From Candidatus Micrarchaeota archaeon (GTDB lineage Archaea; Micrarchaeota; Micrarchaeia; Anstonellales; Bilamarchaeaceae), in assembly GCA_022627495.1 (NCBI GenBank), contig JAKEGJ010000021.1:78612-142611 (forward strand): a stretch of DNA of 64,000 nt, read 5' to 3'. The translations under genes and the position numbers were made by a program. The notes beneath the pieces were generated by a model. It had not been told where the DNA came from, searched no databases, and saw nothing but the letters and a program-made list of their open reading frames with translations. Each line of letters opens with the position of its first letter. The stretch's first letter is position 1. Positions 17,627-26,719 of this stretch are shown piece after piece.

Positions 17627-19023
17627 AATTCCAGACCCTGCATGAGCGCGGCCCCCTGCAGCTTGGCAAGAGCCTTAATCTCGATTTGCCTAATCCTTTC
17701 CCTGCAAAAGCACATGCTGTCTTCGATTTCTTGAAGAGTCTCCTCTTTTCTTCCGGATAAGCCGAACCTTCTTTCGAGTATTTCCCGCTCAAATGGATTG
17801 AGGATTTCCAGCAGGCCCGGAATCTGCCGCTCCAGCTGCATCTGGCCTAGCATGGCATCAGCGCCTTTAGCATCTGGAGCGCTCAGCCGCCTGCTTAGCG
17901 GGTCGGTAAGCTGGCACATTTTGGAATTTGCCTCCAATGCCGATTTGACCGCCCTTTGGGGCATGCCGATAGCTTTCGAAATCTCCAGGACAGTGGGCGA
18001 CCTGCCAAACTGGACCTGGTGGGATTTCACATACCTGCGGATAGTCTGCAGGGATTCGAGCGTGCGGACCGGAACCCTCACCGACCTGGCCTTGTCCGCT
18101 ATCGCCCGGGATATCGAATGCCGTATCCAGAAGGACGAATATGTGGAAAACCGGTTCCCTTTCCGATAATCGAATCGTTCGAGGGCCTTCAAAAGCCCGG
18201 CGCTGCCTTCGCTCATAAGATCCCGGAATTCCATGCCTGGATGGTGCTGGTATCTTTTTGCTATTGATGCAACGAACCGCTGGTTTGCGCATATGACCAG
18301 GCCGGAGATTTTCCTCCGGGTTGCCTCCACCCGCTCCAGCTCCTTTTTGGCTTCCGGCTCTTTTCCATTCTGCTTGCCGCATGCAAGTACGTCTCTGATT
18401 ACCTCTGCCCTTTCAGTGAACCGGATGAAGGCCTTGATAAGAACCGATTCCTCCTCTTCTGACAGCTTAAGGTTCCTTTTCTTTTTGAACCTCTCGACGA
18501 AGTGAATGGCCGCCGCCTCGCCATAGGTCAGGCTCACCGGGACAGCGCGAAACATCAGGACCGCGAGCCTTGCCCGGATTTCACGGACAGCAGCGCTTTC
18601 TTCGGCCAGCAAGTCCTCTGCACCGCCTGCGCCGCCTTCTTCAAGAATGTCCCTGATCTCGGCGGACCAGTCCAGGAACTTGCGGTAGGCATCTTTCGCG
18701 AATTCGGCTTCTGCACGTGTCAGGGGAATGCGCATGTCCGCCTTGTATTCCAGGGTCCGCGTCAGCATGCCCTCTTTTTCGCTAAGGCGGAGGGGGATTG
18801 CATTTGCGAGTGTCTCAGGCCCCAAGGAAAATCGCTCGAACTCGGGTTTTTCTGCGCGTCTTGCAGAAACATGCTTAGCCAACGTGGCAGGGGGCTTGGA
18901 TGGGCCTGGGCGCATACGAAGCGATTGTGAAGGGTTGTGCTTAATAATGTTAAGGTCTGCTGCGCTTTCCCCCATGCAACGGGCAGCCCGAAAGCGCTTG
19001 GGAGAACTGGCGCCGGAGGCCAT
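17623..19023 (-). CDS. RNA polymerase sigma-70 family factor (RpoD/RpoS-like), divergent; exact start uncertain
   Basis: Region 2 ANQRFVASIAKRY...DLMSEGSAGLLKALERFDYRKGNRFSTYSSFWIRHSISRAIAD; region 3 RSVRVP...GRSPTVLEI; region 4 RRFGL...TLQEI...RERIRQIEIKALAKL. Confidence 0.92.
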   Translation of the reverse strand: MASGASSPKRFRAARCMGESAADLNIIKHNPSQSLRMRPGPSKPPATLAKHVSARRAEKPEFERFSLGPETLANAIPLRLSEKEGMLTRTLEYKADMRIPLTRAEAEFAKDAYRKFLDWSAEIRDILEEGGAGGAEDLLAEESAAVREIRARLAVLMFRAVPVSLTYGEAAAIHFVERFKKKRNLKLSEEEESVLIKAFIRFTERAEVIRDVLACGKQNGKEPEAKKELERVEATRRKISGLVICANQRFVASIAKRYQHHPGMEFRDLMSEGSAGLLKALERFDYRKGNRFSTYSSFWIRHSISRAIADKARSVRVPVRTLESLQTIRRYVKSHQVQFGRSPTVLEISKAIGMPQRAVKSALEANSKMCQLTDPLSRRLSAPDAKGADAMLGQMQLERQIPGLLEILNPFEREILERRFGLSGRKEETLQEIEDSMCFCRERIRQIEIKALAKLQGAALMQGLEF

Positions 19024-19065
19024 CTCAGAAAGATATATAAATATCCTCGCAACACATTTTTACCG

Positions 19066-19320
19066 ATGGCAACCGGATTGGAAGTAGCTGCATCGAACAT
19101 CGCTTCTCTGCTTTCGGCCCTTGCGCCGACTATCGCGATTATCTTGGTTACCGCAGGCGGCATAACCTACGGGCTTGCCCAGACACAGCCGGGCGAGACG
19201 CGCGGCAAATGGCAGACCGTTGCAATAGGCATGGTCGTAGGCGGCATAATCGTCATGGCCATAACCGGCGCCGCGAGCTTCATAACAGAGCAGTCCGCGA
19301 ACCTGCTGAAGCCGACATAA
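19066..19320 (+). CDS. Small two-TM protein, TrbC/VirB2-type pilin-like
   Basis: 84 aa: hydrophobic helix-GGITYG-loop (GETRGKWQ)-hydrophobic helix; TATATAAA box ~27 nt upstream. Confidence 0.6.
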   Translation: MATGLEVAASNIASLLSALAPTIAIILVTAGGITYGLAQTQPGETRGKWQTVAIGMVVGGIIVMAITGAASFITEQSANLLKPT

Positions 19321-19466
19321 AAGGTTGGGAAGGCCAGTCATTCTTTTCCTATACCTATAGCGCGAGCCTAGGTTAATCTGATTAGTGCATGCGTGGGCCC
19401 GAGGCCGAGCCCAAATCCAGGGACAATCATGCCGGTAAAACCGCGGAAATGAACTGTCGGATTGTG

Positions 19467-19526
19467 TTTATATATAAGCCCGACCATAATCCCATTAGTA
19501 TATACGTATAATTATTTGTATATACT
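19467..19526 (+). promoter_or_regulatory. TATA box plus tandem GTATATAC palindromes upstream of the DUF736-like/radA genes
   Basis: TTTATATA 19467-19474; AGTATATAC 19497-19505 and GTATATACT 19518-19526. Confidence 0.55.
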
Positions 19527-19556
19527 CATGGAGGACAAACCGGCATATGCGAAAGC

Positions 19557-19877
19557 ATGGCCGGTGCGGGTGGAATGATGAAAGAGACCGAAGAGAAGCT
19601 GGATGAGGAGGGATTCGAGGAAATACCGATGGAGCCGAAAGCCGAGCCGGGAAGCGGCGGGCCGGGGGGAAGCGGAAGCAACGCCCCGGGCGCAGGAGGT
19701 GCCGGGGCGAACCGGCCGGATTTGCGCGTTGTCCAGACCGACCGTGACAAGGACGGGAACGTAATATACTCCAATGTGGGCGGCATGTGGAAGAATGTCT
19801 CCAAGAACGGGAACGTGTTCTACACCCTCAGGATCGGGCAGCTGAAGCTGCTGGTATTCCCGAATGACAGGAAATGA
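19557..19877 (+). CDS. DUF736-like small protein with acidic/Gly-rich N-terminus
   Basis: RPDLRVV...NVGGMWKNVSKNGNVFYTLRIG resembles the DUF736 GAxWxxxSxxGxxYxS pattern. Confidence 0.6.
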   Translation: MAGAGGMMKETEEKLDEEGFEEIPMEPKAEPGSGGPGGSGSNAPGAGGAGANRPDLRVVQTDRDKDGNVIYSNVGGMWKNVSKNGNVFYTLRIGQLKLLVFPNDRK

Positions 19878-20032
19878 CTGGACAGGATTGGCTGCATGTG
19901 TGGAGGCTGTGCGCCTGATGCAAGGCGGGCGGCTGCCGATGCGAGCCGAAGAAGACGCATGCCCGCATCGGCGCTCCGGAATGCATGAGGAGAAAGTAAA
20001 CAGAAGGATGAGAAATCAGGCAGGGGATTCGT

Positions 20033-21010
20033 ATGGCAGAAGATAAAGACAAGGATAAGGAAAAGAAGAAGAAATACTACAAGGACCTGGAAGACCTTCC
20101 GGGAATAGGCGAAGTGACGGCAGAGAAGCTCCGCGCGGCCGGGTATGGCGAGTTCGCGGCCCTGGCTACTGCGAACCCCCACGAGCTTGCGGAAGCGGGC
20201 GGGATGGGCGTCGAATCCGCGAAAAAGGCGATTGAAGCCGCAAAGAGCATGGTGGAAATCGGATTCGAGACCGCCGAAACGGTTTTCGAAAGGCGCAAGA
20301 ATATCGTCAGGATAAAAACCGGCTCGCAGGCGCTTGATGATTTGCTTGGCGGGGGCGTCGAGACGATGGCAATCACCGAGATGTACGGCAAGTTCTCGAG
20401 CGGGAAATCGCAGCTCGGGTTCCAGCTCGTCGTGAACGTCCAGAGGCCGGTGGACCAGGGCGGGCTCGGGGGCGGCGTGCTGTTCGTGGATACGGAAGCC
20501 ACTTTCAGGCCGGAAAGGATTGTGCAGCTGGCCGAAGGGCAGGGGATGGACGCCCAGGCCGTGCTCCGGAACATCCAGGTGGCGAGGGCGGAAAACAGCG
20601 ACCACCAGATAATCCTGCTGGAGAAGGCTGAGGAGACGATTGAGAAGAACAACATAAAGCTCATCGTCATCGACTCGCTGACATCGCATTTCAGGTCGGA
20701 CTACATAGGACGGGGCGCGCTCAGCGAGAGGCAGCAGAAGCTGAACAAGCACGTCCACATGCTCCAGAAGCTGGCCGAGAAGTACAACCTCGCGGTCTAT
20801 GTGACCAACCAGGTCATGGACAACCCCGGCATCCTTTTCGGCGACCCGACGACGCCGATTGGCGGCCACGTGCTCGCGCACATGTCGACCTACCGGCTCT
20901 ATGTCCGAAAGAGCAAGGACGACAAGAGGATTGCGAGGCTCGTCGATTCGCCGAACATGCCCGAAGGCGAGGCGGTGTTCAGGGTGACGCCGGGCGGGCT
21001 CACCGACTGA
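20033..21010 (+). CDS. radA: DNA repair and recombination protein RadA
   Basis: N-terminal HhH LEDLPGIGEVTAEKL; TEMYGKFSSGKSQL; DTEATFRPERI; IDSLTSHFRSDYIGRGALSERQQKL; RIARLVDSP. Confidence 0.97.
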   Translation: MAEDKDKDKEKKKKYYKDLEDLPGIGEVTAEKLRAAGYGEFAALATANPHELAEAGGMGVESAKKAIEAAKSMVEIGFETAETVFERRKNIVRIKTGSQALDDLLGGGVETMAITEMYGKFSSGKSQLGFQLVVNVQRPVDQGGLGGGVLFVDTEATFRPERIVQLAEGQGMDAQAVLRNIQVARAENSDHQIILLEKAEETIEKNNIKLIVIDSLTSHFRSDYIGRGALSERQQKLNKHVHMLQKLAEKYNLAVYVTNQVMDNPGILFGDPTTPIGGHVLAHMSTYRLYVRKSKDDKRIARLVDSPNMPEGEAVFRVTPGGLTD

Positions 21011-21066
21011 AGCGGGCAGGATGCCCGCATTATCAATTTTAATTTTTTCTTTGCCTTTTCCCTAGC

Positions 21067-21762
21067 GTGGCCTGGGATGGGGTAGCCGGGGATGTGAAAG
21101 GATTCCGATGGCAGAGCCTCTCCCCTTCGGCACAGGTGCTACTGGCCGGCAATGCCCTCACGGTTATTGTCGCAATCATCTTCGGGCTTGACCCGGCCGA
21201 GATAATCTGGGTCTACTGGCTGGAAAGCATCGTCATCGGCATGTTCACTGTCCTTGCGTTCATCACGATGGGACTTGGCCACAAGCCCGGGCCCAAAGTC
21301 GGCTCTCCGGCCGCGGCTTACGGATTCGCGATATTCTTCTGCATCCATTACGGCATGTTCCATGGCGCATACGCCCTGTTCCTTTCCATCATGCCCTGGT
21401 TCATCATCGAGAACCCGGACATTCTGGGCATGGGAATCACGATTGGAATCCTTGCCCTTAGCCATGGATACTCGTTTGTGAAGAACGTGCTGGGAAACCC
21501 GGCCGGACTTGCGATAACAAAGGAGAACCTTCAGCGGACCATGATGGCGCCGTATTCGCGCATCATCCCCATGCACCTGACCATAATATTCTCTGGATTC
21601 CTGATGATTCCGCTCCAATTACTTGAAACAATAGCCGAGGCCGTTTTCTCCGGAGCCGGAATCGCTGCGGCGGACCGGCTGATGAAATTCGTGGCGCTTC
21701 TCCTTTTCATGGGATTGAAGACTGGCGGAGACCTGTATGGGCATCTCAACCGCTACCGGTAG
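21067..21762 (+). CDS. DUF6498-like multi-pass membrane protein
   Basis: IIWVYWLESIVIG, FFCIHYGMFH, PYSRIIPMHLTII. Confidence 0.75.
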   Translation: MAWDGVAGDVKGFRWQSLSPSAQVLLAGNALTVIVAIIFGLDPAEIIWVYWLESIVIGMFTVLAFITMGLGHKPGPKVGSPAAAYGFAIFFCIHYGMFHGAYALFLSIMPWFIIENPDILGMGITIGILALSHGYSFVKNVLGNPAGLAITKENLQRTMMAPYSRIIPMHLTIIFSGFLMIPLQLLETIAEAVFSGAGIAAADRLMKFVALLLFMGLKTGGDLYGHLNRYR

Positions 21763-21802
21763 CCTTAATACATTTGCAGAAGAGGCAATTTCAGGTGTGT
21801 TT

Positions 21803-22108
21803 ATGGGATTAATTGGCGAATTCAAGGATTTTCTGACTGAGTATAAGGTTATCGGGCTGGCGATAGCGTTCATCATGGGCGCGGCAATCACTGCGCTTGT
21901 GACGTCGCTCGTCAACAACATCATCATGCCCGTAATCGCAGTGCTCCTGCCCAATGGTGATTGGCAGTTGATGGTCGTCGACCTTGCCGGCATTAAGCTC
22001 GGCGTCGGCGCATTCCTGGCGGCCCTCCTGAACTTCATCATAATCGCATTCGTCATCTTCATGATGGCGAAGATTGTGCTGAAGGAGGAGAAAGTCACGA
22101 AAAAATAA
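21803..22108 (+). CDS. mscL: Large-conductance mechanosensitive channel
   Basis: EFKDFLTEYKVIGLAIAFIMGAAITALVTSLVNNIIMP; GAFLAALLNFIIIAFVIF. Confidence 0.9.
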   Translation: MGLIGEFKDFLTEYKVIGLAIAFIMGAAITALVTSLVNNIIMPVIAVLLPNGDWQLMVVDLAGIKLGVGAFLAALLNFIIIAFVIFMMAKIVLKEEKVTKK

Positions 22109-22178
22109 TTTTTCCTTTTTTATTTGTGTTTTTTACTGTCCAAAAGTGTTATAAATAGTTCCGGGCACGAATTATTGC

Positions 22179-22874
22179 ATGACGATTCGCACCAGGATGA
22201 GGAATCTCGCATTCGCAGGCATTATGGCGGGCGCGCTCTCGGCCGGGTGCGCGACGACGCAGGGCGCTTCCATTGCCGCAGCGCCGGCTCCTGCGCAGGC
22301 CTCCGCGGCGCACCCGAGGCAGGAGACTCCCGCGGAAAGGTGCCAGAGGACGCAGAGGACGCGGATGCAGAACTGCCTGATAGAAAGCATAGTCGCCACC
22401 TGCAGGGAGAGCAACTCATTCAACGAGGACGCGTTCTACTCATGCGTATCGGAAAACCTGGTTGTTCCGCAGAGCCTTGAGGCAAGGCCGGCCAAACAGT
22501 ACAGCGTAACCGTGTCAGCCGGGGACGAAGTGCTTTCTACCAGGACCGGCAGGGCGGTCGCGATGGATGTCGCAAGGCTGGAAGCCTCCCAGATAGACCA
22601 GAGGGGCGTCGCTTTCACATATGAAATCGAAAGAATAACGCTGGCTGCGCCCACGGAAAGGACGGGGGTTGATTCGGCAACCGTCCGGTATAACTTCGAT
22701 GGCACCTATGAAGGGGAGGCCTTCAAGCTCCAGGGCCTTGCGGTATGGAACCTCCGGGTGGAGGGCTCCGGTACCGGTCAGGCGAGGGTGAGCTTCGAGT
22801 CGAACGACCCTGCGCTTCTGGTCCGGCCTGCGGATGCCGCCGCTGGGGCGGCGCCTGCACAGAAAAGGAAGTGA
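22179..22874 (+). CDS. Hypothetical lipoprotein
   Basis: Basic N-terminus + hydrophobic stretch + LSAGC lipobox; TTATAAATA ~27 nt upstream. Confidence 0.7.
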   Translation: MTIRTRMRNLAFAGIMAGALSAGCATTQGASIAAAPAPAQASAAHPRQETPAERCQRTQRTRMQNCLIESIVATCRESNSFNEDAFYSCVSENLVVPQSLEARPAKQYSVTVSAGDEVLSTRTGRAVAMDVARLEASQIDQRGVAFTYEIERITLAAPTERTGVDSATVRYNFDGTYEGEAFKLQGLAVWNLRVEGSGTGQARVSFESNDPALLVRPADAAAGAAPAQKRK

Positions 22875-25800
22875 GCTTCCTCAGCTCTTTTTTCTGCTTC
22901 GGCTGCCTGGATACATAAACCCCGACTGCAGCCAGAATCGCCAATGCAGTCACTCCAAGAACGAGCACGCCGTTCCCGTTCGGCTCCTCCTCCGAATCCA
23001 GCTCTTTGGATATCGCGCTTCCTGCGCGCAGCGCATTCACATAATCGCCCGAAGAAAGCATGTTCCGCATAGAATCTACCCTGGCGCCGAGTGCAGCCCT
23101 CCGCTCCGGCGCCAGCTCTTTGCCTTCGATTATCGATTCGAGCATGGAAAGCCTTGCTTCGCTTTCATTCTTAAGCGAAGACAGGGTTTGCTCCATGCGC
23201 CCCCTGCTTTTAATGAGCGCGTCAAGCCGCTGGCGGAATATGCGCGGCTCTCCGTCAGCGGCCTCTTCCGCATCCTCAATCAGGGTTTCCACTTTTTTTT
23301 CGGTCTCGGTGAAGAAGCTGCTGTAATCCGTACCCTTTGCCGCAGCCGACTGCCGCAGATACCGCTCCAGGGTTTCCTGCGCCCCGCGCTTTGCATCATC
23401 GACAAGCGCCTTCTGGCCGGCCTTCTGCGATTGGGACGACGATTCCTGAAGAGTTACGATATCCCGGACGCCGTCGAGGGCGGAAAGCGCGTCCATGGCG
23501 TATTCCAGCCGGCCGCCGCTTTCCAGCTTCCTGAAAGCATCCTCGAAAAGCAGGAACCCTGACGGCGTAGTGGTGTTCCCCGCTGCATAGAAACGCTCCT
23601 TCAGGTCATTATAGGCTGCATACGCCTCTTTCTTGAAAGCAGTCAGCTCCTTCCCCAGCCAGTTCGAATCCGTCTTCCCCAGCGCCTCGGCTTTTTGGCT
23701 ATTGTTCATGCTGCCAGATTCGGCCAGAACGCGCCGGAGCTCGTCCCTGCGCGTGGCCAGCTTTTGAACAAACGGGGACGAAGAGTTCGACGAGTTGAGC
23801 GCGGATTCAATCATGCCAAGCTCCTCGCGGATGCCTTTTTCGAGCGAATCAATGCTTTCCTTATGCTTGGATTCCTCTTTTTCCTCCTGCTGTGATGCGG
23901 AGACCGCTTTCTCGATGAATGCGAGTGCCTCGCTATGGTTTCCTGCCGCTGCCTGCAGCCGGGCCTGTGCGAGCAATGCGTTCGCAGATGGCCCCAGGTC
24001 GAGCCCATCAAGGCTCGAAAGGCGCTCCCGGACATAGGATTCCGCATCCTCCACGTTGTAGCTGACCTTCAGCACGGATTCCCTGCCTTTTTTCAAACCG
24101 GAAACGCTGACCGAGTACTGGGTGTCCGATATGCGCGCCTTATCCCGGACCGCCTCGCCGGTCGCGCAAACGGCGCTGAATGACGTGATGCGCGAATCGT
24201 TGACGCTGTTAAGAAAAACCGGGACCCTTTCAAGGTCCATAAGGGGCGTTATGCGGACATCGTATTCCACCTTGCTGTTGGTCCCGATGCGGTATGCCTT
24301 GATGTTTAAGAGAGTTTCATTGTACGCGTCCTCCAGGACGGCGTCGTAAGCCAGGGTATGCTTGCCGCTCTCCAGGGGGCGGCTGCCGGCCATTCCGTCT
24401 ATCAAGCCGTTTTCAAAGCCGCGAGGCAGCTCGAGGGAGCTGATTCCGCAATCCAGTTCTATTTCCATGCGCCCGGCCACCCTCGCCTTGCCATTCCCGA
24501 TGCCTTCCGCGCTGGATGAGGAAGACAGGGTGTGGGCAAGCACGCTCTGCTTATTGAAGACGACACGCTTCGTTTCAAACGCCCCGACGGAAGCGAAAAC
24601 CAGAACAATGCTCTTGCCCCCATCCGTGGACCTCACGCTTTCCACCCCCCCGCTTCCTTCTACGATGTCCCCATAGACAAACTGGCCCGGGGACTCCATC
24701 CTGATGACGGCATCCACATGCGTCGCGTTGTACGGGCGCGGGTTGGCCATGACCGCATCCAGCGTGATATCAGCCGGGCTGTCGAGCCGGACCGAGGTAA
24801 TTAGGGGATTGGCACGGATTGACATTGCATTGCCGATGATTCTGCCCATATAGCCGTCTACCGCCTCTTCCAAATCCCGATAGTCCGAATCCAGCTTTTT
24901 CAGGCGGCCCAGGGCTTCGGGAAGTGCAAGGCCGTCATCGCTTATCAGGCCTTCCTCGCATTTTTTGAGGTCGGTGAAAAGGTCTGCGGCCTCCGGCCCG
25001 GCCTGGGACAGTTTGCCGCATATCCGCGAGCGCACCGCGAGCAAGTCGTCTTCATACTTGAGCCGGGCCTTGGCGTAAATGCTGTTTTGCGATTCACGGG
25101 CAGCCTCGCCCTGCATGCTTTCAGGCAGCAAGGGGATTAGCTTCAGGCTTTCCTTCTCGCTTGCGACGTTTATCTGGTCTTTTTCCGCAAGGCCGATTAG
25201 CGCCCTCAAATATTCGACTGATGCGCGGTCTTCCAGCGCTTCCCCATAGCTCCTGGAGCCGCAGGCCGAGCGGGCAAGAGCGGCGGCATCGTAATATTTC
25301 TCGAAGCGTCCGCCGAGAGTGCCGGCACCTTCCCCGGATTCAAAAGCTGCCGCGGCTTCATCGTAAAGCGATGCCGATTCCGGCCCTGCTTCCGCGGAAG
25401 CCATGCATTTTTCAGCCCTCGCCAGTTCCATTTCAGCCTCATCCTTCTGCCCTTCGACTGCGGATTCCGCATCCCGCCTCAGGGCTTCGAGTTCCTGCAG
25501 GAGACTGGCGTAACCCCCGTCCGCGGCCTCTATTCCGGATATCGCGCCGGCAAGATAGCCGCGGTCGCCGGTCCTCGCATGCAAAATGGCTGAATCCGCC
25601 AGTGAGACTTCAAGGCGCCTGCGTTCGTCTGCCAGGGATGCGAACCGCTCTTTGACCGAGCCGGAGGCCCGGGATGTGAAGCCCGATGGCGCGCGGGCGA
25701 TGATTCCGGCCCCTTCCGACTCCAGCTCCCGGAAGCTTTTTTCGGCAAGCTGCTTGCGGGCCTGGATGCTTTTCAGGCCCTGCTGGTAGCCCGTTTCGGC

Positions 25801-26562
25801 TTCAGCCAATGCCGAAAGGGAGAGGTTTTGGGCGCGCCTGAAGGAAGGGACGATACCGTCTTCGCCCCAGGCTAAGCCTGTGATTGATGCCGCATATGAA
25901 ATATCCGGAGCGGGGTCCGCCAGCGCCCGCCGCAGAGCATCGGAATGCTGCGCCATGACGACGTATTTCCCATAATCGCCTTCGCTTATGTTTTTGTCCA
26001 CGGTGCGAAACGCACCGTCAAGCTCGGCACAGCTTCCGCTTCCGGGCCCGGAATAATCTTCGTCGCAAAGGCCGGCGAAACGCATGCGGTCGAACTCCCT
26101 GCGCGCATCGGAAACCGCCCTTTCCGCGTAATCGGTGCTGTATTCGGCCGCAAGCAGGGTCGAATCGACGGAAGCAATCCAATTTTCATGATAGGCAATG
26201 CAGCCCGATGAATCGGATAACACGGCGATTAGCGCCATCGAAGGGCTTGCGGGCATGATGCCAAGGGACGCGATTACCGCGGCGGTGCACACCATCAGGT
26301 CTCTCCGAGCTTCTTCCGCGCTATCCACCGCGGATTCGATATTGTCCTTGACCGCGGGATCCGAATCAAGCCGGAGCACACCATCCATCCCGGCCCCATC
26401 CAGCGTCTTCTGGAATTCCGGGAGATTCCACCAGAAAGACTCCCCGAACGTCCATATGTTCGGGTTGGTTGAAACCCAGGTTTCGTTTTCCCAGGGGCGG
26501 GGGAACCCCGCAAACTCCATCTGTGCCAGGGCCAGCAAGGCCAGAACGAGCATGAAGCGCAT
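22723..26562 (-). CDS. Large secreted, C-terminally membrane-anchored protein with helical/coiled-coil regions (1279 aa)
   Basis: Signal peptide MRFMLVLALLALAQ; helical blocks flanking a beta-rich middle; C-terminal TM followed by basic residues. Confidence 0.8.
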   Translation of the reverse strand: MRFMLVLALLALAQMEFAGFPRPWENETWVSTNPNIWTFGESFWWNLPEFQKTLDGAGMDGVLRLDSDPAVKDNIESAVDSAEEARRDLMVCTAAVIASLGIMPASPSMALIAVLSDSSGCIAYHENWIASVDSTLLAAEYSTDYAERAVSDARREFDRMRFAGLCDEDYSGPGSGSCAELDGAFRTVDKNISEGDYGKYVVMAQHSDALRRALADPAPDISYAASITGLAWGEDGIVPSFRRAQNLSLSALAEAETGYQQGLKSIQARKQLAEKSFRELESEGAGIIARAPSGFTSRASGSVKERFASLADERRRLEVSLADSAILHARTGDRGYLAGAISGIEAADGGYASLLQELEALRRDAESAVEGQKDEAEMELARAEKCMASAEAGPESASLYDEAAAAFESGEGAGTLGGRFEKYYDAAALARSACGSRSYGEALEDRASVEYLRALIGLAEKDQINVASEKESLKLIPLLPESMQGEAARESQNSIYAKARLKYEDDLLAVRSRICGKLSQAGPEAADLFTDLKKCEEGLISDDGLALPEALGRLKKLDSDYRDLEEAVDGYMGRIIGNAMSIRANPLITSVRLDSPADITLDAVMANPRPYNATHVDAVIRMESPGQFVYGDIVEGSGGVESVRSTDGGKSIVLVFASVGAFETKRVVFNKQSVLAHTLSSSSSAEGIGNGKARVAGRMEIELDCGISSLELPRGFENGLIDGMAGSRPLESGKHTLAYDAVLEDAYNETLLNIKAYRIGTNSKVEYDVRITPLMDLERVPVFLNSVNDSRITSFSAVCATGEAVRDKARISDTQYSVSVSGLKKGRESVLKVSYNVEDAESYVRERLSSLDGLDLGPSANALLAQARLQAAAGNHSEALAFIEKAVSASQQEEKEESKHKESIDSLEKGIREELGMIESALNSSNSSSPFVQKLATRRDELRRVLAESGSMNNSQKAEALGKTDSNWLGKELTAFKKEAYAAYNDLKERFYAAGNTTTPSGFLLFEDAFRKLESGGRLEYAMDALSALDGVRDIVTLQESSSQSQKAGQKALVDDAKRGAQETLERYLRQSAAAKGTDYSSFFTETEKKVETLIEDAEEAADGEPRIFRQRLDALIKSRGRMEQTLSSLKNESEARLSMLESIIEGKELAPERRAALGARVDSMRNMLSSGDYVNALRAGSAISKELDSEEEPNGNGVLVLGVTALAILAAVGVYVSRQPKQKKELRKLTSFSVQAPPQRRHPQAGPEAQGRSTRSSPSPDRYRSPPPGGSIPQGPGA

Positions 26563-26719
26563 ACAATCCCTAAAGGCCCGGGTTATGATGGCAATAAATA
26601 GATTATTCAGAAAATGTGCTTCCCAGCCACATTATCAGGCCCGGATTATGTGGAATTCCATATATGAAAAAACCACGCCGCCGCCAAGCGAAAACAGTTA
26701 TAACCATGCACGCGGATAG

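Noticed and set aside
19864..20046. 60-aa ORF and GCCGATGCG hairpin before radA
   Set aside because: No recognisable features; a single GC-rich stem is expected by chance or is ordinary leader structure.
19820..20881. Long antisense ORFs (e.g. 1258-2289, 15012-16022, 19820-20881, 37056-38231, 41389-42396)
   Set aside because: Shadow frames opposite better-supported genes, expected in GC-rich DNA; no motifs.
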